A DNA stretch of 63,244 nt, filler included, from Collodictyon triciliatum (GCA_043381765.1; 5 parts of 5 records of this genome joined end to end with filler, not necessarily neighbours in it), one strand, 5' to 3'. Positions 14,701-27,331 are shown, counted from the whole stretch's first letter. The notes: a model not told the origin generated them from the sequence alone. Numbers and translations are program-made.

Positions 14701-17368
14701 TTCGGAATGCTGTTGAAATTTGGAATATTTCCTGTGGTACAGAGTTAGTTTTTTCCCTATAAATATTGCGATTACCGAAATAATTACCCTCTAGTTGATT
14801 GTTGTAAAGATAGATCCATCTAATATTTGGTATTTCACTGAAATTCGGTGCTGTGCCTGTAATTTTCAATTCAGTATGCATAAATATATGAATATATGAA
14901 ATTAAATAACACCATTTGTTACCATTTAATTGATTATTAGATAAAGAAATTAGGTCGACATTCGGAACTCCACTAAAGTTTGGAACCGTTCCTGTGATGT
15001 AAAGTTAGTCAGTAATCAATAAAACGACAAAAATTAGAGGACATACCGGTCAATTGATTACTATGAAGAGAAATTTCTTCAACAATCGGTAAAGCGTGGA
15101 ATTTTGGAACTGTTACTGTAATACAAAGTCAGTTTTTTCTCAAATCATTATAAATGATTACAAGAACTTGCGTGTTAATTGATTATTATGAAGATAAATC
15201 CAATCGACGTAGGGTATTCCACTGAAGTCTGGAACCGTTCCTGATCAAAAAAGTTAGTATTTGAAACAAAATCTTTGGATCGAATAAAGGAAAAAAATTA
15301 TTTGAAACAAAATGAGATCAATGAATAATAAAAAAATTACCACTGAATTCATTATTGGAAAAGTCGATCAATTTAATATTCGGAATGTCACTTAAGTTTG
15401 GGACTGTTCCTATGGTATCAAGTCAATTATTGTATTCTAATAACATATAAAAATAGTGAGATTTACCGTTTAGTCGATTAGTTGAAACATCTATTAAAAC
15501 GGCATTACGAACGCCGCTGAAATTCGGAATTGTTCCTGATATATGAAGTTAGTTTTTGGGTCAAAAATGCATTGAGCGGTCCTATCGCATACCAATTAGT
15601 TGATTACTGTGAATTACAATCACTTCCATGTAAGGGATTTCAGAAAAGTTTGGAACCGTTCCTGGGATAGGATATTGGTTTTAACACCGATTATATGTAT
15701 AGAACAATATCTTTGAATCGAATAAAGGGAAAAAAATAAGTATAGAACAATAGGAAAACTTACCATTAAGTTGATTGATGTAGAGATAAATTTTTTTAAC
15801 ATTCAAAATGCCTCTAAAGTTTGGAAACATTCCTATATAATTCAATTAAAACTTGACACTGTTTAAGTCAATTAAATACATACGAACCGTATACTTTGCA
15901 GCTATAAATTCCAAGAATCTGAACATTTGGTAATCCCGAGAAATCAGGTATAGTTCCTTAAAAAAGAAAAAGGGAGATGTTATTAGATTTCAGAATAAAT
16001 GCTGTTTAAAAATAAGTACCTGTGAGCTTGTCACTTATACCAAATCTTAATATCATTATCTTTGGAATTCCAGAAAAATCAGGCATTGTGCCCTCTAATC
16101 CATTTCCATCAACTTGAAGATGCTCAATATTCGGCATCCCTTGAAAATCTGGAATTGTTCCAGTCATCCGATTTACGTAAAGGTTCAAGTACGAAATACT
16201 TGGGAGATTAAAATTTGGGAGATTTCCGAAAATTGAGTTATAACTCAAGTCCAAATAATTCAATAACGGAAGTCTCTCAAAAATCGCTGCTGCAATTCCA
16301 ATATCACCATAAAGATTGTTTTTTGACATTCTGATTTTTAGGACAGGGCATGTGTTTTTCTATGAGAAAATTATTTAGATATAAATCAATAAATTTATAA
16401 TATTTTTGAATAAAGTACCTTATATTCTTCTGGAAGACAGATTTGATGGCAAGATATCCCGTACCACTCGCAAATTGGAATGCTTTGATTCCTCCATCCA
16501 ATGTTCTTCAACTAATCATCTCACCCAGAACATCATAAAGATGAACAAGAAGCTCATATTGAGTCTTATTACCACTCTGCATCAAATTACGATTCTCTTC
16601 GTTTCTCACAAAACTATTTCTACCATCTCCGAATTTTAGTAACTGATTTACTTCATAGAAATCGGCTCCAATAGCGGGGATTTTTCTTTTGTTATTCAAT
16701 TCGGCCTTTATTCTATTTTGATATGAACATTCTTCACTTTTTTGGCTAATATTCATTTCTGAAAAAAAATTTTCATTCCCCTTTAACGATGCACATGTTT
16801 CATCATAATAGCTCAAAAGAATTTGGAATGTATCTTCGACTTTCATCGATAGCAACTCTTCTCTGGAGTACTGGCACCTGCTTTCACTATTTGAAATGAA
16901 CAACTCGAGCTAATTGTAATTGTATTTAAATTACCTTTGATGAGGATGTGAGGAAAATGCTGGTGTTATCATGAAAGTGATAGCAACACATGCAAAAAAA
17001 CAGTTTTGAAAACATAGATAGATATATTAATATAATTCAGATCGCATATGCTCAATTGAATTTGATTTTAAAATTTGAATATGAAACATACATTGTGGCT
17101 TTCTTCAGAGAGCTTTTTTTAGGTTCGAAGGGTTCAACGTGTCGAAAAATGCTTCTATTTTCATCAGGCATGGACATCTCGTTCCTACCAAGATTGTTAC
17201 AATAATTAAAAATCTGTAAATTATGAATTTGATAATTTTTACAAACCAGATGCAATAAGTCTCTGAGGACTTTATTTCATGGAAACCCAACAGCAAGTAA
17301 AATATTGCACACATCGAAATGAACTCTGAGTCTATATCTAAAGTTAACATATTTCCATCAATTTCCAT
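11727..17368 (-). pseudogene. LRR receptor-like gene (LRRNT, many 23-aa LRRs, Cys-rich region, multi-pass TM C-terminus) with disabling lesions
   Basis: LRRNT GWRNQSIPICEWYGISC; repeats GTIPDFSGxPxLxxLxLxxNQL; Cys-rich CKCLPGYFG...CQEGYEGYACSKC; TM region with YGFLYLPYRE|SFKYWEFVIIARR. Frameshift plus in-frame TAG near 16512-16521 and a frameshift near 13870. Confidence 0.8.
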
Positions 17369-18055
17369 GAAATAATAAAATTTTATACTCGAAATATAAA
17401 TTTACTCAGCATCCCTCTTTAAAATAGTAGTCAACTGTTAAAATTGCTTTGGGGCAGAAATGTATCCGTTTGCAATACTTTTTATATTTTTTGGTTATGT
17501 ACTTGAGTTTTATATCTTCATTCGACTATATTATAATTGATTTTACTCCTTAGCCCAATCAGTCTGAATACTCATAATCTGGCTATGTCTTATTTTACTA
17601 AGGCATTATTGATAAATGATGTAACCTTTATTTTTTTTGGTTTTCTGAAATCAATCAATAAACAATAAAAACCCGAGGATTTCATTGGTTCATAGCGTTA
17701 TATTATCAACCATTCATTTGAATTTACAATTAATCATCATTTCTGTTTGCTCAGCTTGATATTAAAGTTTGCTGCAATAACTCACTGAATTATCAATTAT
17801 CAATGTTGTTACATAATGTTAGTTTTTTTTATTGATTTTTCATTTTAAAATTCAAGTAAACCTGATTTCATAAATTACCAAACTCCCCACTATCATTTCA
17901 AAAAATATAGCCGAATATTTTATTCATAAATTGAAAAATCATTTAATAATACGCACTATATCAAATTTTAGCCTTTCCCAAAAAATTCTGAGGAGATCAG
18001 AAATGAAATGACGGTATTCAAATGCCTAAATTACCATTATTATTTACTAGTTCTG

Positions 18056-18089
18056 CTCAACAGCTAAGACTTTTAGAATAAAAAAATAA
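18056..18089 (+). mobile_element. 34-nt A-tailed insertion with a 17-bp target-site duplication
   Basis: ATTATTTACTAGTTCTG at 18039-18055 and 18090-18106 flanks CTCAACAGCTAAGACTTTTAGAATAAAAAAATAA. Confidence 0.7.
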
Positions 18090-21000
18090 ATTATTTACTA
18101 GTTCTGATTGATAGGTTATTTCCCTTTTTCCATAAATATATATCAAGGAAGTAAGATGATATCTTTGGAGATAATAAAAATAATAGAGGAATTATATAAA
18201 GGAACACTTGTTCATGTCTTTGAAACGAAAAAAAATCAAAAATGGTCTTAATGATAAAATTTGGTTTTTAGATATAGTGAATTCAAACTAAATATAGAAA
18301 ACTATTTTGAAAAACGAAAAAAAGTGCTTTTGATTGAATTCATGAACCTTTCATGCACACTTTGTTATCATTTGATCAGCTTTTTCAAAATAAATCTTAA
18401 TATTACATAAAACGTAATAATGGATATGTTCTATCCTGTTATGAATAAGTCCGGTTGTTTCCCATAAAATATCGTATCATTTTGTCAAACACTGGTAGAT
18501 TCAATAAAAAAAGGTAACGGCAAAAACTCAAACAACAAAATAATGAAGTCGATACGAATGTCTAATAGAAAAGTTCAGGTCTATGAACAATATTATGAAA
18601 TGAATAAAGTAAAAAAAAACTCTTAATAATTCTTAGCCTTAATTACAATTCTTTAGATAATTTCGAAGGATTATCATATGATTATCATTATTCATATTTG
18701 AGTGGCATAAAACATACCAATTAAGAAAATTTTACTGCATTACCCACAACATAACAATATTATTACAACAAAAGGCAAGAAAATCAAAATGGTGAAAAGC
18801 AGAAATACAGGCTATTTTTTGTCCTTTGTATATGAAACATTGAATTCAGTAAACATACCATTTCAAAATAATTAGACAAAATAAAGCTGGAAAAATATAT
18901 TAGTAAATTTTTAATACCAGAATTGGTGACATTGAAAATGGGTTGTGGAAATATGGAAAAATCACATCTTCATTGTGGGTGATGAATTAAACAAAAAGAA
19001 GCGAATATGCAGTAATAACCAGCTGATGAATCATAACTAGTTTTCAAAAATCGGTCATTTGCATCTCAAAAAAGTGCTTGGGTAAAATATGAGTTATTGA
19101 AACGGCCATGAGACACCCAGGAGTTAAACATTATACGGTATTTTTCTTAAAAAGTGGTTCAGTTTAGTTGGGTTGGCCCATGTTGACATATGAGTAATTA
19201 AAATGCAGACAAATAAAGCTTGATCTGTCTGTGATTTAAGACTTTTACCTTGCTATCCCAGTGTACACAAAAAAAATTAAAATATATTTTAAATAGGTTT
19301 TTTTCTGTGAATCCGTACCAATAAATATAATTGCACGATCCACTTATGACCTTCTTACCGATACATCCATCACTGTAATTTCATGAATGATTACTGGTTT
19401 ATCATTTCGACATGAAACTGTATGCCAGACACTAAATGTGACCTCGTGGGTAAAATCCTGTCTCAGTGTTGGATAAAAAAATCAGTGTGCAGGTATGAAA
19501 ATTTATCTTTCAAATGCATAGGTGCTATTTGCATTACTATTAAGTTGATTTACTACTGCTGCTCATTTATAGACCAGAGGGAGCGTGTGTGAGATTTGTG
19601 TGGTGAAACAAGCTTCACTTCGCAGTCAAATGGGATTTCAAAAAAATTCAAAAAAAAAACATAGTGAAAAAAAGGATATTCGATTTTATTTATTTTTTAC
19701 TATTGAAAAAGAGGACAAGCTGATATTGTGCGAACCTGTTTCTTAGCAGCGGAATGTCCGATGAATGGCTTCTATAACGTAAATGCAGATCCCTGCCGCA
19801 AGATTTTCTACCAATCTTGAAGCTGATCACCTTTTATTATCGTTTAGGAAATCAGAGGCCCCCTGCATTTGTGTTTTCCATGTAATTGGTAAAATGAAAC
19901 AAAGCAATTCATCTTACTTTATGTAGACGTGGGTAGGAAAAGACGAGATATGATACGTCAGACGTGATTTATGAAGCACAGTATTTTGGAGGGGCAACGA
20001 AAGCCACTATGAGGAAATGCTAGGATTTTTCCAAATGGAATAAGCTACAAGGTACAACTAACAATAGCAGGGTTAAAGTTTACAGTAATTCGGCATTTTG
20101 AATCGAATAATTAGAGAAAACTGAAGTAATTCAGCATTTTCCTTACATGCACCTTTAGTGAAGCATTACCCAAAGAAAAATTTCAAGACAGGATAACAGA
20201 TGTTGTGAGATTCTACTGTTGGAGGGTGATGAGCATCTTGCATCGCCAACTTGTATTTGAGCCTCACCAAAAAAAANNNNNNNNNNNNNNNNNNNNNNNN
20301 NNNNNNNNNNNNNNNNNNNNNNNNNNNNNNNNNNNNNNNNNNNNNNNNNNNNNNNNNNNNNNNNNNNNNNNNNNNNAAAAAAAAAAGGGGCAAAAAACAA
20401 GCACAAAATAAAATATAATTGAATGGCACCAAACCGAAAGGAAATACAGGGAAACAAGAAGACCAGCCTACGCCTTTGAAAGCCAACTGCCACGCAGAAT
20501 AAAACAACCAGGTAGCCAATTGCCATCGCGCCACCTGGTCATCGTCTAAACTGTATTGGAACTGAGGTGTTAGCTGCTGTTTCCTGGGTTTTCATATAAA
20601 AAAGACATGTCGCCTCGAACATGTATGACAGAGTGAGATAAACTAAAAAAAAAAAAAAAAGAGAAAGTGGTACATGCAACTGAAATGCTGGTTAACAACG
20701 CGCTCACAACAAGAAGGTTCTACATCACGAGCAGTGTCGATGCACCTAGCGAGCGTACATTTTTCATTATTCAATTCAAATATCTATCAAGCGAAAATAG
20801 TGAGAAGCGACGCCCAACCAAGTTATCGCACAACTGCAGAACAATAAAATGTTTTTTTTTTCAGTGCTTGGACGTCATCCTTGGAACATTTTTGTTGGCT
20901 TTGGTCGAGCTACCGCACTCCTCGATCAGCTTAATTGGCCTTTGAAAGAGATATGTCCTAATCGCTGACGGAATATGGTTGTCTGTAATGAAGGCTCATT

Positions 21001-23471
21001 GTTTTTCATCATTATTATTTACTTCCTTATTTACGGCGGCGGCTTTTGCTTTGCGCGGTCTTCTTTCTTCTTTTTTTGATCGGTGGGCGCTCCCTTCCAA
21101 AACTGCGGATTTCGCTTTTCCTGTGGGGATGGTGGATAGAATGAGCAGCCTCGCGTGAGTTTCGTTGGGTGGGTTGGGTTGTGTGGAAAAATGTTGGCGA
21201 CATCCACAATGTGTCGAAGGCAGTCTCACACGCAGTTTTCTTTTCTTGCGTGCCAAAAGTGGATTGGACAGAACGAAAGAGTGCGCCAGAGATTGAGCAA
21301 AAAAAAAAATTCGTGAGAAAACGTCTCCAAAATGCGTTAAATAACATATTTGGCATTTTTCACTGAGAATATGGAAAACAGGACGAGTATGGGTTTAATC
21401 CAGAAATGTATTTTATATCTGGAAATTATGAAATAAGTATAATTTTATCTGCATCACCAACACGGTTATTCCAGTCAATGATAATTATATCATGCATTGT
21501 TGCAATGTTTCATTTTGTTTACTATTCCAGTTTACGGTGATTTAGGGTACAGGATTATCACCAAAATCTGGTTCGCACAACAGAAAGGGAAAGCTAACGC
21601 CAGCTCTTTGTCTACCGCAAAAGCTTNNNNNNNNNNNNNNNNNNNNNNNNNNNNNNNNNNNNNNNNNNNNNNNNNNNNNNNNNNNNNNNNNNNNNNNNNN
21701 NNNNNNNNNNNNNNNNNNNNNNNNNNNNNNNNNNNNNNNNNNNNNNNNNNNNNNNNNNNNNNNNNNNNNNNNNNNNNNNNNNNNNNNNNNNNNNNNNNNN
21801 NNNNNNNNNNNNNNNNNNNNNNNNNNNNNNNNNNNNNNNNNNNNNNNNNNNNNNNNNNNNNNNNNNNNNNNNNNNNNNNNNNNNNNNNNNNNNNNNNNNN
21901 NNNNNNNNNNNNNNNNNNNNNNNNNNNNNNNNNNNNNNNNNNNNNNNNNNNNNNNNNNNNNNNNNNNNNNNNNNNNNNNNNNNNNNNNNNNNNNNNNNNN
22001 NNNNNNNNNNNNNNNNNNNNNNNNNNNNNNNNNNNNNNNNNNNNNNNNNNNNNNNNNNNNNNNNNNNNNNNNNNNNNNNNNNNNNNNNNNNNNNNNNNNN
22101 NNNNNNNNNNNNNNNNNNNNNNNNNNNNNNNNNNNNNNNNNNNNNNNNNNNNNNNNNNNNNNNNNNNNNNNNNNNNNNNNNNNNNNNNNNNNNNNNNNNN
22201 NNNNNNNNNNNNNNNNNNNNNNNNNNNNNNNNNNNNNNNNNNNNNNNNNNNNNNNNNNNNNNNNNNNNNNNNNNNNNNNNNNNNNNNNNNNNNNNNNNNN
22301 NNNNNNNNNNNNNNNNNNNNNNNNNNNNNNNNNNNNNNNNNNNNNNNNNNNNNNNNNNNNNNNNNNNNNNNNNNNNNNNNNNNNNNNNNNNNNNNNNNNN
22401 NNNNNNNNNNNNNNNNNNNNNNNNNNNNNNNNNNNNNNNNNNNNNNNNNNNNNNNNNNNNNNNNNNNNNNNNNNNNNNNNNNNNNNNNNNNNNNNNNNNN
22501 NNNNNNNNNNNNNNNNNNNNNNNNNNNNNNNNNNNNNNNNNNNNNNNNNNNNNNNNNNNNNNNNNNNNNNNNNNNNNAAGCATTAGAGAGCGGTGATTTG
22601 GAAGGACTTGCGGGGTTCGTGCTTGTCTCCAGCTCGCGGTGAGCGGGGTGTGGGTGATGCCTAGTGTTTCTCCCCATCGTTGATGTTTTGACTTTTTGTA
22701 GGTGTTGACGGCGATATTTTGTATCGAAAGAATTTGGAGTAGGCCATAGCCATCGAGAACTGCATAGACTGCGCACCGTTAGACGAGCGTTCGTTCTTGA
22801 GGCGGAAAAAGAATGGCGATGGGATGTCGTATGAGATTGGTCTGCGTGAGCGCCATTTTCCTTTGTTATTCAGGACGGCTGTGGTTGGCTGTGCATCTTG
22901 TGTGTGGAATGCGGTGGAGCCTGGCGTTGCGATGTACGAGCCGTCTTCTTTGAATGAGATTTCTCTGATGGTGGCCGCGTTGCCTTCGTGAACCTGTTTG
23001 ATGATGTAGAAGCCTTTCTGGTTGTCCCAGCATATTTGTCCTGCTGCTAATGGCTCGTTCAGGGGTATTGTCATCTCGTAGAGATTAATTCCGGTCAAGG
23101 GATAAGCAGAGAAAGTACGAATACACATTATTTCATGCCAGTTTCACTAATAAATGAAGATACGGAAGGAAGTTATATACGATAAAAGCAGGACACCTAA
23201 GAAAAATGAAATGAAGCTGAAAGAGAATCATTGGGCTCAAAATAGTGGTAATTGAACGTGACTTTATATTAACGCAAACATCAAGTATTACGATAAAATA
23301 AAAAACAAGCAATCGATAGTTTATTTTTGACAACATCGTAAAAATTAACTCAGAGGGCTGCAAAGTATACTCATTCATTTTGATTTATTCAATGGAAGTC
23401 GACAATATGGTGGGATTTCATGGTAAGGTGGATAACTTCCAAGAGGCAGTAAACCGATGCCGTTTCATATC

Positions 23472-24031
23472 TCACTCTTTCGACAAATGAGCGAGGGTAG
23501 ATGCCGAAAGTTCCCAATTTTGGCCATCAAACTTTTCAGTCTTGATAGACCTATCATATATTGGTGGAAAGTTATCGACTGTATTACACCACCATAAGGT
23601 AATCGGAAAATATGTTCAAGGGCGAGTTTGCAAAATGGATATAGTACATGACACAGCGTTTTGGATGTCGCCTCGTCGAATCTCTACCTGATATTTGTTT
23701 TTTCCAAACATCTTACATTCACATCAAATCCATCTGGATTTGATCTTGGGATATAAAACGGGCTAATACCGCAAACGCTACAAAACTTGTGTTGGGCGAC
23801 CCCAGTGTTGAACGTGTAGGTAGAAATTTTTTCCTGGCAAGAGTTCAAGTTGAAAGTAATGAATCAATAATTAGGTGCAAGTAAATGAATAAGCCAGTTT
23901 AAACTACTTCATTTGTTGGTACCTACTTGGCCTTGAACTAGTCGGAATCTCGACTTGGGAACAATCAAATGGAGGAATCTTTCATCATGGGTAATCCAAA
24001 TAATAAATAAATAAATATATAAATAAATATA

Positions 24032-24126
<95 letters not shown>

Positions 24127-24479
24127 ATACATAAATAAATACATAAATAAATACATAAAAACATAAAAACATAAATAAATACAAAAATAAATAAAAATGA
24201 ATTGATTTAATTAGAATATTTTATTTATGATGTAAGCTTACCCCTTCATGTCGCAAATGGAGCAGTTGCAAATTACTACGGATAATTCGCTTGGTGCTTC
24301 AACCTCGATCTGCACGGCGCCGCAGTGGCATCTGAATAAAAAAACACCCAACAAACATTCACTCAAGTGCCGCGCAGCTTTTGCAAGAAAAGAAACATAG
24401 TAAATTATGAAGTCGATGGAGACCTTCCTTTGTGGAGAACAAAATCTGCACTCGGACCGTCCGTTTCGCTGGCAGACAT
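23472..24479 (-). CDS. CENPV: CENP-V / GFA-family zinc-binding protein (5 exons)
   Basis: Spliced translation HKGRCHCGAVQIEV...CNCSICDMKGFLHLIVPKSRFRL...YTFNTGVAQHKFCSVCGISPFYIPRSNPDGFDVNVRCL...FDGQNWE. Confidence 0.88.
24001..24195. repeat. (AAAT)n microsatellite in CENP-V intron
   Basis: Seen directly. Confidence 0.95.
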
Positions 24480-24819
24480 ATCTTACAGACGCTACTCGAG
24501 TTGCGTGAGCCGTAATAACAAGCTAAAAGAAAAAAAAGAATTCAGAAAAAATCGTAGAAAATCTCTACAAAAGCAAAGGCAAATGGATTGCAGAAAAGAC
24601 TAAACACGAAGACGAGAGAGAAGAAAAACAAAGAGAAATAAAAAGAAAACAAAAGGAAGACAAAGTGCCTCCACAAGCCTTTCCACCGGCCCACCCAAGC
24701 GAACGACTGGGCAGTCACTTTGCGCTTTGATTTGTATTCTTTCCTTCGATAAATTTTGATCAGCCGGTGGATTTATTCGTATTCATACTGGAATGGGTAC
24801 ACCAACCTTTCGTTTGGTA

Positions 24820-26470
24820 ATCCTTTTCCGATTATTGGCCTATAATGCTTCATCGGACATTTTCTGCTCCAGTCTCCATACGCCAGTACAATATCCTTGC
24901 CAAATGTCTTCGATTCGCTCCATAAACAATTCTTCACCTCTTTTTGTATTTACATACTGCCTCCATATTATCTTTCGAAAAGTTACTTGTTCATAAAATC
25001 TGGAAAGTTCTATCTGGCATCTTGATTTCATAGATACATATTTTCGAATTTTTTCATAATCGACCGTGCATGAATTATGTTTACTCAGTTATGTCTCTAA
25101 ATCGATTAAAGATACTCTTGATTTCTCAAACCGCTGATTCTCTTCAATAGTAGTGTGACCAAAAGAAATAGCACTTTGTAAACCTGTTGCCATGCATATC
25201 CCAAAATCCTTGTATTTTTTCTTTCTCGCGCAAGAGTATTTTGTGATTTTTAAGAGATTTGCTATCATGTCTTGTTTGGTGTGCCGTGCAACGTAATTTC
25301 TTACCTGTCTCACACACCATGCAAACCAAATTAAACTTGCACGCATCCACTCCGACTATTTATTTTTTTTGTCGCTGATAAAGATAACTGCACTTCGGAA
25401 AATTCATATATATGAACATAATCTTGGGTTGTTTGATTATATTTGGATTTTGAATTTGAAATACCTTTCTTTTCAAACAATAATGACACTGCCAAGCCGT
25501 CTGTTTGTATCATGTATTTAAAATTGTAGTCTCTTTGATGAAAGACCTTCTTCATTTCAAAGAACTCATCCCATAGTGTCTCTTTGCGTCTTGATATATT
25601 CTTCATTAATAATGTTTTTCCAGATAATACTAATAGACCTATCAAACATGCAGTATCTGGAGCAATATGACATAGTATATTGGTAGTTCTTCTAGAGATT
25701 GGTTGAAACAGGTTGGTTCCAATGTCCTCAAAAATGCGACTCATGTAAATCAGAGATGGTATTGTACTTATTTGGATTGACTTTGACGTTATATTCGATA
25801 CCTTTTACAATATCGCTGGTAATGATGTGATGCAAATGTATTTAGTCCATCCTTTATATTGTTCTGGTATTTCGAGGTTTCTTGAAGATGACTTTTTTTT
25901 TATCTTTCTTAACTCTGCCTTTTTAATAGCTTCCGTAACATTCTCATCTTTAGGAATTGTTTGAGTTTATAAAGCGCAGTAACCTCTTTACAAAATGTTC
26001 CTTAATGTTATTATGATAAGCTGTTAGCATTTGCTTCGCCAAGTACGGTAGTACATGAGACAGTCCAACCAACGGAAAGCGTTCTTCTCGGGACGAAAGG
26101 AATTGAAAATCATAGAGATAAAAATCATCATATCATCTCATTTCTGGGTCTTTTAAACGTGCGGGTCTATATTGTGAAACTATTCCGACTGTCTTTAAAG
26201 TGTACAAAAAAAACATTTCATCGATTGTTGGTGGTTTTGATTTCAGTATGTAACATCTTGCAAACAGATAAGTGTCGGTGACCAAATTATGACACAATAA
26301 AACCATACCGTTGATTTTGTTATAGTCATCCGCATTCTTTACAATCGACTTTCGAGATGTTTTCACATTTCGATAGTATGGTTTTACAGACTTTAGATTT
26401 TCAGACTCAAGACGCTTTCTTTTCTTCACCTGAAAGTCTTTGTTTTACTTTTTCCTTTAGAAAACCATCG
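24820..26470 (-). pseudogene. Degraded Fanzor1 (eukaryotic TnpB-like RNA-guided nuclease), C-terminus deleted
   Basis: Joining frames gives VKTSRKSIV...LVTDTYLFARCYIL...YLAKQMLTAYHNNIKEHFVKRLLRFIN...YMIQTDGLAVSLLF...IVGVDACKFNLVCM (RuvC-I, D at 25345-25347)...LSRFYEQVTFRKIIWRQYVNTKRGEE...FGKDIVLAYGDWSRKCPMKHYRPIIGKGL. Several stops and frameshifts; no introns. Confidence 0.8.
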
Positions 26471-27177
26471 AGTTTTCAATTTTGATAAAACTTTAGTCAA
26501 TCAGTCAATTTAATAAAAATAAAAATAACTACATAAAATCGATTTATGTAATATTAAGCATCTACCGAGACTCTCAAAATGTGCGCGTTGTGGCAAACAA
26601 ACACACAAAGTTTTTTATAAGTGATTTGAGACAAAACGCTGAGAGCCGATTCGGCGAGTTCGAGAGGACGGCCGTATAGCCGTTGAAACTGAAAGTCAAC
26701 ATATCGGCTCCAACCAACATGATTACCACCGCAAGTGTGGACAGTATAGCTTTTTTGAAATGCATGTTTGGTGGCAGGTTCATAGGGTGGGTTCTGTATG
26801 GGCCAACGCAAGGGCTTTTTTGCAATTTTTGAATTTGTGAATTAATATTGCATAAATGGAAAATAAAATATAAATTGATTATAGGAATAGAATGAGATTA
26901 ATAAGTATTTTTTAAACCTTATTATACATTATACTAGTATATTATTCAGGTTGCTTCTTGGATTCATCAAAGCTCCTACTTTCGTCAACCCAGATTTAAT
27001 TTGATGGTTGTCATCGCATTAAATTGCATTATATTTATATGAGTACACTCTCGTTGTATAAAAAGTACTGTGTCTTGAAAGGGATAAAACGGAGTTCGTC
27101 ACAACCTTTGTAATGAGGTTTTTTTCCATTTACAGGCTGAATGAGACTTCAGAGAAAGAATGAAAAATGAAAAAGAA

Positions 27178-27331
27178 ACAAAAAAACAAACAACCAAACA
27201 AACAAACAAAAAAGAAACAAAAAAGAAACAAAAAAGAAACAAACAAACAAACAAACAAACAAACAAACAAACAAACAAACAAACAAACAAACAAACAAAC
27301 AAACAAACAAACAAACAAACAAACAAACAAA
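27178..27331. repeat. (AAAC)n microsatellite
   Basis: Seen directly. Confidence 0.95.

Noticed and set aside
14340-15956. Regularly spaced repeats resembling a CRISPR-like array
   Set aside because: The repeats are degenerate coding LRR exons bounded by splice sites.
18780-21010. Possible multi-exon minus-strand gene
   Set aside because: Exon-like patches exist (e.g. DDDQVARWQLATWLFYSAWQLAFKG) but no consistent model or family could be supported.
26636-26692. Hammerhead ribozyme or tRNA in the structured island
   Set aside because: CTGAGA-stem is followed by GAGT rather than GAAA, and no cloverleaf with a correctly placed T-loop can be drawn.
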